Notes: generated by a model from the letters alone, not told the origin. A DNA stretch of 36,468 bases from an uncultured Lewinella sp. (GCA_937912975.1 CALEOS010001295.1:1-36468), one strand, 5' to 3'. Counted from the first letter of the stretch, positions 9,788 through 18,879 are shown. Numbers and translations are program-made.

Positions 9788-12613
9788 ATGAAATGTAAAC
9801 TTATGAGCAGATTATTTATCCTTTTCTTCCTGACTTTGTTTTTTGGTAAGCTGAGTGCCCAGACCTGGGAAATTACGCCCTACGTAGGTGGTGCAGAGGA
9901 TGTCATAGAAGATGGCAATGGTGATTTTTTTGTAACGGGTGCGGAGGAAGGACAATCTGTAGTGCTTAAGCTTGATGCCTTGGGAAATGTTCTTTGGAAA
10001 ACTACATTGCCAGGACGTGTTGGCCGAACTATCGATCAATTGTCAAATGGCGACTTAGTCGTGGCAGGTATTTTGGATGGCGGAACGCTTCAAGATACGA
10101 TCGAATCTATTTTTGTCGCGAGATTGAGCGAAGCGGGGCAGCCGATATGGGACAGCGAATTCAACTTTTACTTCGAGGAGCGAGTGGATAAGATCTTTGA
10201 AGCGAATAATGGGGAGTTGATTATTACAGGCTCCTATCTGCAAGAAATGTTCGCTATTAACCGTGCCTATATACTGCGGATAGATGCTGATGGCAATTTT
10301 ATATCGCGGGGTGAATATGCTAATCCATTTTCTATAGCCATCGATGGTATAGTAGAGTTACCTAATAGCGACTTTATAGTGAGTGGAGTCAATGATCAAT
10401 CTAATCTTACCCAAATCGATGTGCTTGGTACCACACAGGATACTTTTAATTTTTTTTCTATGCTATTCAATAATATGACAGCATTCAGTATTATCCCTCA
10501 GCCTAATGGCGAATATGTCGTTTTTGCTGATGGTTTTGAACCAGGTATAGTTTATACGAGGCTGGATGAAAATTGGAATGTAATAGGAATTAATCCCTTC
10601 CCAGGGCGTTTCTTTAGCCAGGGCTCAAATGGTGCTTCAGCGATGGTGAATGGTGACTTTGCGGTAGCAGGCTATAATATTGAAGGTTTAGAGGGAACCT
10701 CAGATATTTTCCTGATTAAAGTAGGGGTCAATGGCGAACAACGCTGGCAAAGAAATTATGGTAGAACGATAGACGGAGTACCTCAATGGGAGTATTTTGG
10801 TTCGGTGAAAGGAACGGCGGATGGTGGGGTAATTCTAACTGGAGGAAGTGGGACTATGGCTTACATTATCAAAACAGATGCTTTCGGCAATATTTATCCC
10901 AATTTTATTCAGGGGAATGTTTTTTACGATGAAGACGAGGATTGTGCTTTGAGTGAGTCTGAATTGATCTTGTCAGAGTGGGTGGTGCAAGCGATAGGAG
11001 ACGGGAATACTTATTATGGGGTAACAGATCAAATGGGAAATTATGAAATCAATGTACCTGCTGGCGATTATAAGGTCTCAGCCCTTCCGCTTAGTGCTTA
11101 CTGGGGCAACACTTGTCAAGAAAATTATACGGTCAATTTTACTAATCAGCCGGACACACTAATAGTGGATCTAGCTATGAAAGCTATTGTTTTATGCCCG
11201 ATAATTGATGTTAAGATTGCGACTAGTCGACTTCGTAGGTGTTTTCCCAATACCTATGAGGTTGACTATTGCAATACTGGGACGGTGGAGGGCGGAGATA
11301 GTTATATTGATCTGTCTCTAGATGAATACTTGACCGTCGATTCAGCTGACCTAGCTTACACAATGGTGGAGGAACAGCTTTATCGTTTCATGATCGGGAC
11401 AGTAGGAATAGGGGAATGTGGCAGTTTTCAAGTACATACGACCTTGGCATGCGACCAGGATATTCCGATTGGTCAAGTACATTGCGTGGAGGCCCATGCT
11501 TTTCCTGATACGCTATGTTTTGGTGAAGACCTGAATTGGGATGGTTCCCAAATTATTGTGGATGGCTTTTGCCGATCGGATACTGTATTTTTTAGGATAG
11601 AAAATATTGGGGTAGGGGACATGGCCAGTCCGCAGACTTATATCGTAATAGAGGACCAAATCATCTTATATGAAAAAAACTTCCAATTAGACAAGGGCAC
11701 TTTTTTGATAGATACTATTATCGGAATGGCGAACGAGTACACGATTATCGCGCGCCAATCGGATGGCAGTCCATTGGGCGATTATCCCAACATTACCGTT
11801 ATCAATTGTGGTGCGGACTCTACTAGTCTTCGACTCAATCTACCTTTATCCGATACTTCCCCTTTTGTGGATATCCACTGCCTCGAAAACGTCGACTCTT
11901 TCGACCCCAATGATAAAGCCGGAGGCCCAAAGGGATGGGGTGATGAGAAACTCGTTTTTCCCAACACCGAAATAGAGTACAAAATCCGTTTTCAGAATAC
12001 GGGTACCGATACCGCTTATAAAGTGCTGATCAAGGATTTGATTCCCGCGACACTGGACGTGAAAACCTTGCGACCGGGCCCTAGTAGCCACCCCTACAGC
12101 TGGTCTATTGAAGAAAATAACAGCTTGACTTTTACCTTCAATAATATATTACTACCGGATAGTACGACTAATCTTGCGGCCTCTCAGGGTTTCGTTAACT
12201 TCACCATAGCGCAACAAAAGGACTTACCGATCGGAACGACGATAACGAACACTGCGGCTATCTATTTCGACTTTAATGAACCCATTTACACCAATCAGAC
12301 GCTACACAAAGTAGGTACCTTATTTACCGGACTGCCAACCAGCGTCAAGGACAAGCCGCTGAATACTCAGCAGGTAAGTGTATTTCCTAACCCCTTTGAT
12401 GAACAGACAAATTTTCGGATAAAGAACCTGCCTGCACAGTCGGTACAATTGCAATTGTTTGATATTACCGGGAAATGGCTTAGAACGGAACAATTTCCAA
12501 GTACCTCTTTTGAAATGTCAAGGAATGGCTTACCAGCAGGTTTATACACTTATCAATTGATGTTGGAAGATGGGAACTGGGCCAGTGGGAAAGTGCTGAT
12601 TGTGGACAAGTAG
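9788..12613 (+). CDS. Large secreted T9SS cargo protein: N-terminal beta-propeller-like repeats, a DUF11/CARDB-like domain and a type-A Por secretion C-terminal domain
   Basis: Signal peptide MKCKLMSRLFILFFLTLFFGKLSAQ. Repeats include GNVLWKT, GQPIWDS and GEQRWQRNYG. The domain motif is DPNDKAG...EIEYKIRFQNTGTDTAYKVLIKD...GFVNFTI. The C-terminus is VSVFPNPFDEQTNFRIKNL...GLYTYQLML...GKVLIVDK. The ORF-track start at 9770 is a GTG; ATGs at 9788 and 9803 are both possible. Confidence 0.88.
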   Translation: MKCKLMSRLFILFFLTLFFGKLSAQTWEITPYVGGAEDVIEDGNGDFFVTGAEEGQSVVLKLDALGNVLWKTTLPGRVGRTIDQLSNGDLVVAGILDGGTLQDTIESIFVARLSEAGQPIWDSEFNFYFEERVDKIFEANNGELIITGSYLQEMFAINRAYILRIDADGNFISRGEYANPFSIAIDGIVELPNSDFIVSGVNDQSNLTQIDVLGTTQDTFNFFSMLFNNMTAFSIIPQPNGEYVVFADGFEPGIVYTRLDENWNVIGINPFPGRFFSQGSNGASAMVNGDFAVAGYNIEGLEGTSDIFLIKVGVNGEQRWQRNYGRTIDGVPQWEYFGSVKGTADGGVILTGGSGTMAYIIKTDAFGNIYPNFIQGNVFYDEDEDCALSESELILSEWVVQAIGDGNTYYGVTDQMGNYEINVPAGDYKVSALPLSAYWGNTCQENYTVNFTNQPDTLIVDLAMKAIVLCPIIDVKIATSRLRRCFPNTYEVDYCNTGTVEGGDSYIDLSLDEYLTVDSADLAYTMVEEQLYRFMIGTVGIGECGSFQVHTTLACDQDIPIGQVHCVEAHAFPDTLCFGEDLNWDGSQIIVDGFCRSDTVFFRIENIGVGDMASPQTYIVIEDQIILYEKNFQLDKGTFLIDTIIGMANEYTIIARQSDGSPLGDYPNITVINCGADSTSLRLNLPLSDTSPFVDIHCLENVDSFDPNDKAGGPKGWGDEKLVFPNTEIEYKIRFQNTGTDTAYKVLIKDLIPATLDVKTLRPGPSSHPYSWSIEENNSLTFTFNNILLPDSTTNLAASQGFVNFTIAQQKDLPIGTTITNTAAIYFDFNEPIYTNQTLHKVGTLFTGLPTSVKDKPLNTQQVSVFPNPFDEQTNFRIKNLPAQSVQLQLFDITGKWLRTEQFPSTSFEMSRNGLPAGLYTYQLMLEDGNWASGKVLIVDK

Positions 12614-12635
12614 GCCGTTAGTTGCTTAGGTGTAG

Positions 12636-12679
12636 ACTTCAGAAGTTTCCTCGGGAGGGACTGGGGAAACTTCTGAAGT
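12636..12679. repeat. REP-like hairpin, copy b of the ACTTCWGAAGT family
   Basis: A perfect 15-bp stem: acttcagaagtttcc (12636-12650) pairs with ggaaacttctgaagt (12665-12679), with a 14-nt loop. Confidence 0.75.
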
Positions 12680-12737
12680 GGGTTGGTCGATAGATTAATT
12701 ATCTACTAAAATCAACTGCACCAAAAATGGATGCACT

Positions 12738-12776
12738 AAAGAGCAGCGATTTGGGCTTTCCAAATCGCTGCTCTTT
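12738..12776. terminator. Intrinsic, probably bidirectional, terminator downstream of the T9SS cargo gene
   Basis: A perfect 17-bp stem: aaagagcagcgatttgg pairs with ccaaatcgctgctcttt across a 5-nt loop. An A-run lies 5' and a T-run lies 3' (ctcttttaaa). Confidence 0.7.
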
Positions 12777-12812
12777 TAAATATATGTTGGCTACAAGCTC
12801 ATGCTTGTATGC

Positions 12813-12898
12813 CGGTTTTGGCTGCGAGCCAGCTCGCTGTAAGTAATTGTAGTCTGTATATGCTGTATCTCGGCGAGCAGGCTCGCAGCCAAAGCCCG
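12813..12898. repeat. GC-rich long hairpin containing two copies of the palindrome GCGAGC-nn-GCTCGC
   Basis: gcgagccagctcgc lies at 12824-12837 and gcgagcaggctcgc at 12873-12886. The flanks ttttggct and agccaaag extend the pairing to about 24 of 28 positions. Confidence 0.55.
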
Positions 12899-13057
12899 CG
12901 TACTAGTAAAACTAGTAGCGAACATCTGATATTATATATCCAAAATGGTGAAGTTGATAGGAAGAAACCCACCTAGTATCGACCAATCCACTTCGGAAGT
13001 CTCCAGGGATTAGACCATTAAATAGCTACCCGTATTCATTGACGCGAAATCTTTTCA

Positions 13058-15259
13058 TTACTTCAATACATCAAACACCCGCGAATACTTCACTGTAAAG
13101 CTGCGATTCCGAATCAGCCCGTCAGCGGTTGTTTCATTATAGACTAGAAAAAGCCCGGTATTGGCCTGTTGCAACCAGCCAAAGCGGGCATTAGAAGACC
13201 AAATACCACTTACGCTATTATACTGAAAAAGGCTTTGGACGAAAATAAGTGGGGTGAAAGAGTAGGAGAGTCGAGCACGGAAAATATCGGTAGTGAAATC
13301 TCCATTTGGAAGCTGAATATCGTTGTGGATGAGACTCCATTCCGAATTGAACTTATCGCCTAGTCGAATAGCCAGGGTACCACTATTGGCATAACGTTTC
13401 CCTCCAAAAAAACCACCGGTAACCGACCGGACATTGATGGAAAACATCTTACTTGGGTTGGTAAAGAATACAAATTGAGCCTCATGGTGTCGGTAAGAGC
13501 CCGCTGGTACGATGACCTCATTAGAAATCTCAAAATCTTCCACCACGCCTTCCAATGTGAAGTTGATGCCCGTATGCAATTCTGTTCCATTTTTCCATTC
13601 CCAATGATTGTCTACGTGTAAGAAGCTAGTGACTAGGAAGTTATTGAAATCCCAATAGGAGCGATAAGAAATATGCGGCCGCAATTCCAAAATCCCAATG
13701 AAATTCTTGGGCCGAATCTGCTTTAAGATCCGTAATTCTGGCTTGCGAAAGGCATTTCTAAGCAGAAACCCCACCTCCGGATTGAATCCCTCACCCACCT
13801 CTGTATAGGCCGCAGAAAGATCAAGTCCATTCCATAAATAATTGGATTTAAACTGATAAGATTGAGCGCCATCATTGATGCCTGGCGTAACCGTTCTAGC
13901 ATAAAAGCCAGACAATTGCGCTTTTTTACCAATACCCAAGCGGCCATCAAAGGCGAAAGTACGGTTGAAATCATCTTCTACGTCCCCCATGCCTTCTCGA
14001 TTGATGAAGGCGGCCCCAACCGCTGAGCGTTTGGCAAATTCATGATTCACCCGTGCGACAGTAAAGTTATTAGGATCAATGGCTTCTTCTTCGACACCTT
14101 CTGTGAACATACTAAGGAAACCTATATTGGTCTTATTGACTTTTCCCGAAAGCCTCGCACCTCCGATAATAGGCACCTGCTGGCCATTGGTGCCAATGCC
14201 GATTCGACGGCTAAAGAAGAGGTCGACCTCGCCTGGGCTTCCGACCGAAAACTGGCCGGCATTCTCTAAAAAGAAGGGGCGTTTTTCTGGGAAAAATAAA
14301 TTGAATCGATCGAGATTAACTTGCTGGTCATCGACTTCCACTTGCGCAAAGTCGGTATTGTACGTCAGGTCTAAGGTAAGACTGGGGGTGACACTGTATT
14401 TAACATCCACACCCACCTCTGGTTGTAGGTCGGTTTTGGAATCAGGATCTTCGTAATCTCTAGCTACTTGTCCCAATACATAAGGAATTACCTTGAGGTT
14501 ACCAGGATTCTTTAGGTTTAAACCCGTCAATTCGCCGGCCATGGATACCCGATTCAAATCAAATTGAATGGGCATGGGGGCCCAGTAGGCGATTTCATTA
14601 GACTTGCGAATATTGCGGCGGAAGTTGAAGCCCCAACTCTGGTTCTCACCGGATTTGAAGCGCAGGGTGCGCAGCGGGATGGCGAATTCGGCGCTCCATC
14701 CGAAGGTCCCTACCTTGGCTTTTACCTCCCAGGAGGCATCCCAATTGATATTAAACCCACCAATGATTCCGCCTTGTTGCCGGTTGACATTGAAGTTACC
14801 CTGCCCCTCATTATTCACCTGTGCATCGTATTCTACTCCTTGAGAATTGGTGCCAAAGATGAAGCCATTCTGCCCATCATGATAGGTATCTACCAAAAAA
14901 ATAAAGCTATCGGTATTATCGAGTGAGGCATCTCGGCGGGCATCAGATACTACGAGCTTATCTGGCTCTGCATCATGGCAAACTATGGCGATATAAAAAG
15001 TGGTATTCGTATAGGAAATATAGACTTCTGTTTTTTCTGACGCGGCTTGGCCTGAGTTGGGCTGGATTTGCCAGAGATCGGTGACAGCGGTGACGGCTTT
15101 CCAGTACTCTTCTCCCAATACCTCTCCATCAATTAGGGGGGCTGTTTCGATATATTGAGCCGAAACACTCGGGCGTTCATTATTATTGGATTGGGCTAAA
15201 CTTAGCAGAGGTAAGCCCATAAGAAGATAAAGGCAGGCTAGTAGCGGTTTTGATTGCAT
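13058..15259 (-). CDS. Secreted CBM9/DOMON-like domain plus DUF5916-type beta-barrel protein
   Basis: Signal peptide MQSKPLLACLYLLMGLPLLSLAQ. The N-terminal pattern IDGEVL.EEYW...FYIAIVCHD...DSFIFLVDTYHDGQNGFIFGTN is typical of carbohydrate-binding family 9-like proteins. A long beta-rich C-terminal part follows. The family call is from memory. Confidence 0.75.
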   Translation of the reverse strand: MQSKPLLACLYLLMGLPLLSLAQSNNNERPSVSAQYIETAPLIDGEVLGEEYWKAVTAVTDLWQIQPNSGQAASEKTEVYISYTNTTFYIAIVCHDAEPDKLVVSDARRDASLDNTDSFIFLVDTYHDGQNGFIFGTNSQGVEYDAQVNNEGQGNFNVNRQQGGIIGGFNINWDASWEVKAKVGTFGWSAEFAIPLRTLRFKSGENQSWGFNFRRNIRKSNEIAYWAPMPIQFDLNRVSMAGELTGLNLKNPGNLKVIPYVLGQVARDYEDPDSKTDLQPEVGVDVKYSVTPSLTLDLTYNTDFAQVEVDDQQVNLDRFNLFFPEKRPFFLENAGQFSVGSPGEVDLFFSRRIGIGTNGQQVPIIGGARLSGKVNKTNIGFLSMFTEGVEEEAIDPNNFTVARVNHEFAKRSAVGAAFINREGMGDVEDDFNRTFAFDGRLGIGKKAQLSGFYARTVTPGINDGAQSYQFKSNYLWNGLDLSAAYTEVGEGFNPEVGFLLRNAFRKPELRILKQIRPKNFIGILELRPHISYRSYWDFNNFLVTSFLHVDNHWEWKNGTELHTGINFTLEGVVEDFEISNEVIVPAGSYRHHEAQFVFFTNPSKMFSINVRSVTGGFFGGKRYANSGTLAIRLGDKFNSEWSLIHNDIQLPNGDFTTDIFRARLSYSFTPLIFVQSLFQYNSVSGIWSSNARFGWLQQANTGLFLVYNETTADGLIRNRSFTVKYSRVFDVLK

Positions 15260-15285
15260 GATAGTTGGTCGTTTCTAATACTAGT

Positions 15286-16224
15286 TTAAAGTGACTGGTA
15301 ATTTACCCAAAATTGACTGACTTGACCTAACCACGCGTCCGGATTTTCTAATTGACAGAAATGTCCCACCCCTTCAATAAAGCTTAAGGTGGCTTGGGGC
15401 ATCACCTCTTGCTTGAGGTATTGGGGGACAGAGACAGGAGCGACCAGGTCTTGATCTCCCCAGCAAATGTGCAATGGAATTTGGGTATGTCTAAGGGGAG
15501 GTAGCCAGCGATGATTCTGAAATCGCTTCCGATCGTTGAGGTAACGGATGATCACATGGAATAAGCGTCGTCCCTGATTATGATGAATCGCTGCCCACAT
15601 CAAGTCAATGGTCTCATCGCTCAGGCCGGCACTACGGCTAGTACTTTTTACTTGCTGTTTAAACATAGGGAAGTTGAGTAGCTTGCCCAAAATGGGGCCT
15701 CCTCTCTGCGTTAGCAACCACTTTTGGGTTATTCGTAGTTTGGCTTTTTCCATCACCATATTGCCATTGGTAAAAGTAGCAGATAGGATTCCTGCTGAAA
15801 ACCATTGGGGCAGTAAATCCTGTTCACTTCGGGCAATCAATTCCGTCAAAACCGTATCCCCCATATCATGGGCCAAGATATGTCCTCCCTTTATGCCGTA
15901 GTGACGCCAAACCTGTAGGGCAATATCAGTCTGCTCAAACAGCGAATAAGTAAAGCCTTCCAACGGTTTATCGCTGAGACCATAGCCTAAGAAATCAAAT
16001 ACGATGATACGTTGAAAGAACCCCAGCAGGCCATCAATATTGGCGTGATAGGAGAAGGAAGATTCGGGGAAGCCATGCAATAATAGCAGTGTATCTGCCG
16101 GCTCAGCATCAGGCGATCCATACATTTTGGTAAACACTCGATGTTGGAAAGGACCTAGCGATAAGAAGGATCCATCCGACGCCCACTGCTGTAAAGGAAG
16201 AGGTAAACTAGTATTTGATAACAT
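15286..16224 (-). CDS. Alpha/beta-fold hydrolase, of the epoxide-hydrolase / haloalkane-dehalogenase / MEST-like type with an Asp nucleophile
   Basis: HGFPESSFSY (HGxP oxyanion motif) and GGHILAHDMGDTV (nucleophile elbow with Asp instead of Ser). A C-terminal ...GHFCQLENP histidine motif is also present. It lies 26 nt upstream of the 13058-15259 gene on the same strand. Confidence 0.85.
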   Translation of the reverse strand: MLSNTSLPLPLQQWASDGSFLSLGPFQHRVFTKMYGSPDAEPADTLLLLHGFPESSFSYHANIDGLLGFFQRIIVFDFLGYGLSDKPLEGFTYSLFEQTDIALQVWRHYGIKGGHILAHDMGDTVLTELIARSEQDLLPQWFSAGILSATFTNGNMVMEKAKLRITQKWLLTQRGGPILGKLLNFPMFKQQVKSTSRSAGLSDETIDLMWAAIHHNQGRRLFHVIIRYLNDRKRFQNHRWLPPLRHTQIPLHICWGDQDLVAPVSVPQYLKQEVMPQATLSFIEGVGHFCQLENPDAWLGQVSQFWVNYQSL

Positions 16225-16279
16225 GCTATTGGTGTATTATTTTCTAGAGAAAGGTAGCACATTATCATGGACTATTAAT

Positions 16280-16444
16280 TAGACTTTATTATGAAATAAT
16301 TTGTAGGGAGCTAAATTATCTTTTGTAGCAAGCCTTCGTTCTTCATCAGTCGCGTAGCTAATGGCTATGCTCCTTCTTCGGGCCTCGTCTTGCTGCAAAA
16401 TCTTAATTCCCATCCCTATACAACCCATTTCATAATAAAGTCTA
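16280..16444. repeat. 165-bp imperfect palindrome (foldback element) with 18-bp perfect terminal inverted repeats
   Basis: tagactttattatgaaat (16280-16297) is the exact reverse complement of 16427-16444. Nested pairings are 16301-05/16419-23, 16306-09/16413-16, 16314-18/16404-08 and 16321-32/16389-400. The last one is 12 bp with one T-G pair. Confidence 0.8.
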
Positions 16445-16524
16445 TTGACCTTTGAAAAGTTTAAGGCGTTCACTGCAACTATTTTGGCAAACCATACTCT
16501 TTAGTGTTACAAAACCCGACTATC

Positions 16525-18879
16525 ATGATTATGCACACTATCAAACTGGCGTTTCGCAACTTCAGACGCCATAAAAATTCCTTTTTTATCAATTTGATTG
16601 GCCTCTCTACTGGCCTGGCCTGCGCGCTGCTTATCCTCCTCTGGGTCCAGGATGAGCTAAATATGAATAAGTTTCACGAAAAAGATAATCGACTTTTTCA
16701 GGTCATGGAGCACCAGCAATATGCGGAAGATGTCATGACTACGATTTCGACTCCTGGTCTGCTAGCCGAAACTCTGGCCGATGAAATTCCAGAGATAGAA
16801 CATGCAGCGACTTGGAATTGGCTGAGCAGTTACACCTTAACGGTAGGAGAGCAAAACATAAAGAAACGAGGACATTATGTAGGCCCCGATTTTTTCCATC
16901 TTTTCAGCTTTGATTTGATGGCCGGGACACCCAATGATGTCCTACGAGATATGAATGCGATCGTCATTGCTGAAGACCTGGCCAAGTTACTCTTTGGCTC
17001 GGTAGAGGAAGCGATGGGACAATCGATCGAGGTAGAACATGATGAAGTATACGCTGTAACAGGTGTTTTTGAAAATGTGCCTGGAAATTCCTCGGCGCAA
17101 TTTGACTTCATCATGAATTATGAGAAATTTAAAAAGGAGAATGATTGGATACTGAGTTGGGGCAATAACTCACCGCAGTCAGTTGTCACCTTAGTAGAAG
17201 GAGCCGATGCAGAAGCGGTAAGCGACAAGATCGCCAACTTTGTAGCGGAGCGAAATGAAGAATCCAATGTTACGCTTTTTCTAAAACCCTATTCAGAACG
17301 ATACTTGTACGGCCGCTATGAAAATGGAAAACAAGCAGGGGGGCGTATCGATTACGTTCGCCTTTTCTCGATTATCGCCATCTTTATCCTCATTATTGCC
17401 TGTATCAATTTTATGAATCTGTCGACAGCGCGGGCATCCAGGAGAGCGAAGGAAGTCGGGGTGAAAAAGGCAGTAGGGGCTCTGCGCTCTGCTTTGGTAG
17501 GTCAATACTTGGGAGAGTCGATTTTGATCGCTTCCTTTTCGCTGATTGTTGGAGTCATGTTGGTTTGGTTGTTTTTGCCTCGCTTCAATTTGATAACGGA
17601 TAAAACACTGAGTCTTGGATTCTCACCGACGCTGATTGCTACTTTTCTAGGCATTACCCTCTTTAGCGGAATTTTAGCCGGTAGTTACCCCGCATTGTAC
17701 TTATCTTCCTTCAAGCCGGTCGTGGTATTGAAAGGAGAGATAAAGACTTCTTGGGGCGAGTTGTGGGCGAGGAGAGGCCTAGTGGTTTTTCAATTTACCT
17801 TATCTATCATACTCATTGTTGCGGTAATGGTGGTCTATCGTCAAATTCAATTTGTCCAGTCTCAAAACTTAGGTTTCAAGAAGGATCAGTTGATTCATTT
17901 TGATATGGATGGTCGATTGGAAGACCAAACAAAAGCTTTCCTTGCAGAAGCGAGCAAACTCCCAGGCGTGGAGAAGATTTCAACTATCTCTCATAATCTC
18001 ATCGGTCGACAAAATAATACGAGTGGCTTGAATTGGGAAGGAAAAGATCCGAATGATCGCGTACTATTCGAGCACGTGCGTGTCAATTATGACTTGCTAG
18101 AAACAATTGGCGTTGAATTGGAGGAAGGGCGTTTTTTCGATGAAGCCTTTGGTGCTGATTCTAGTAAAATCATTTTCAATGAGACCGCTATTAAGATCAT
18201 GGGGATGACAGATCCTATCGGCCAAAAAATTCGACTTTGGGATGAATATGATATGGAGATCGTTGGTGTAGTCAAAGATTTCCATTTCCAATCCTTTCAT
18301 GAAGAAATGGAGCCTTTATTCTTCCGCCTGAGTCCAGAAAATACCTGGGCGGTGATGGCCCGTCTGGCTGCAGGTCAGGAGCAAGTAGCGCTCAAAGAGC
18401 TCAAGCAATTTTATGAAAGCTTCAATCCTGGCTTTTCCTTCGATCCTGAATTTACGGATGAGCAATATGCCTTGCAATATGCAGCAGAACAACGAGTTGC
18501 CTCCCTCTCACGCTACTTTGCCGGTTTTGCCATCTTGATTTCTTGCTTGGGACTATTTGGCTTGGCTGCTTTTACTGCTGAACGCAAAAAGAAAGAAATA
18601 GGGATTCGCAAGGTCTTGGGCGCCAGCGTCTCGAATATTGTGGTCTTACTTACCCGAGATTTTACCCGCCTGGTATTGGTCTCGATTCTATTGGGGCTGC
18701 CCGTAGCCTACTTCATGGTCAATCGATGGCTCACAGGCTTTGCCTATCACGTGGACCTCAGTCCCTGGTTCTTTGCCTTGGCGGGATTCCTGGTGATGTT
18801 GATCTCTTGGGCGACGGTGAGTTCGCAGGCACTACGCTCAGCGCATGCCAATCCGAGGGATTGCTTGCGGAGTGAGTAG
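16525..18879 (+). CDS. ABC transporter permease of the MacB/FtsX type, with two FtsX domains and MacB-like periplasmic domains
   Basis: MIMHTIKLAFRNFRRHKNSFFINLIGLSTGLACALLIL is a typical N-terminus. Two 4-TM FtsX modules are present (IACINFMNLSTARASRRAKEVGVKKAVGA and ...ERKKKEIGIRKVLGAS). The ORF-track start at 16504 is a GTG, so I use the ATG at 16525. No ATPase gene is adjacent. Confidence 0.9.
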   Translation: MIMHTIKLAFRNFRRHKNSFFINLIGLSTGLACALLILLWVQDELNMNKFHEKDNRLFQVMEHQQYAEDVMTTISTPGLLAETLADEIPEIEHAATWNWLSSYTLTVGEQNIKKRGHYVGPDFFHLFSFDLMAGTPNDVLRDMNAIVIAEDLAKLLFGSVEEAMGQSIEVEHDEVYAVTGVFENVPGNSSAQFDFIMNYEKFKKENDWILSWGNNSPQSVVTLVEGADAEAVSDKIANFVAERNEESNVTLFLKPYSERYLYGRYENGKQAGGRIDYVRLFSIIAIFILIIACINFMNLSTARASRRAKEVGVKKAVGALRSALVGQYLGESILIASFSLIVGVMLVWLFLPRFNLITDKTLSLGFSPTLIATFLGITLFSGILAGSYPALYLSSFKPVVVLKGEIKTSWGELWARRGLVVFQFTLSIILIVAVMVVYRQIQFVQSQNLGFKKDQLIHFDMDGRLEDQTKAFLAEASKLPGVEKISTISHNLIGRQNNTSGLNWEGKDPNDRVLFEHVRVNYDLLETIGVELEEGRFFDEAFGADSSKIIFNETAIKIMGMTDPIGQKIRLWDEYDMEIVGVVKDFHFQSFHEEMEPLFFRLSPENTWAVMARLAAGQEQVALKELKQFYESFNPGFSFDPEFTDEQYALQYAAEQRVASLSRYFAGFAILISCLGLFGLAAFTAERKKKEIGIRKVLGASVSNIVVLLTRDFTRLVLVSILLGLPVAYFMVNRWLTGFAYHVDLSPWFFALAGFLVMLISWATVSSQALRSAHANPRDCLRSE

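Larger units (their letters stand above)
12665..13004. repeat. ~340-bp hairpin-dense segment bounded by 28-bp imperfect inverted repeats, a MITE-like candidate
   Basis: 12665-12692 is ggaaacttctgaagtgggttggtcgata. The reverse complement of 12977-13004 is ggagacttccgaagtggattggtcgata. They agree at 25 of 28 positions, and all three mismatches are transitions. Confidence 0.5.

Noticed and set aside
14079-14926. 120-125-aa antisense ORFs inside the 13058-15259 gene
   Set aside because: The opposite-strand gene has a clear signal peptide and family-typical motifs. The antisense products are Pro/Ser/Arg-rich, as shadow ORFs typically are.
16279-16473. A 64-aa ORF (GTG start) on the minus strand
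   Set aside because: It reads straight through the 165-bp palindromic element, and both inverted-repeat arms are translated. It has a non-ATG start and no recognisable motif, so it is most likely spurious.
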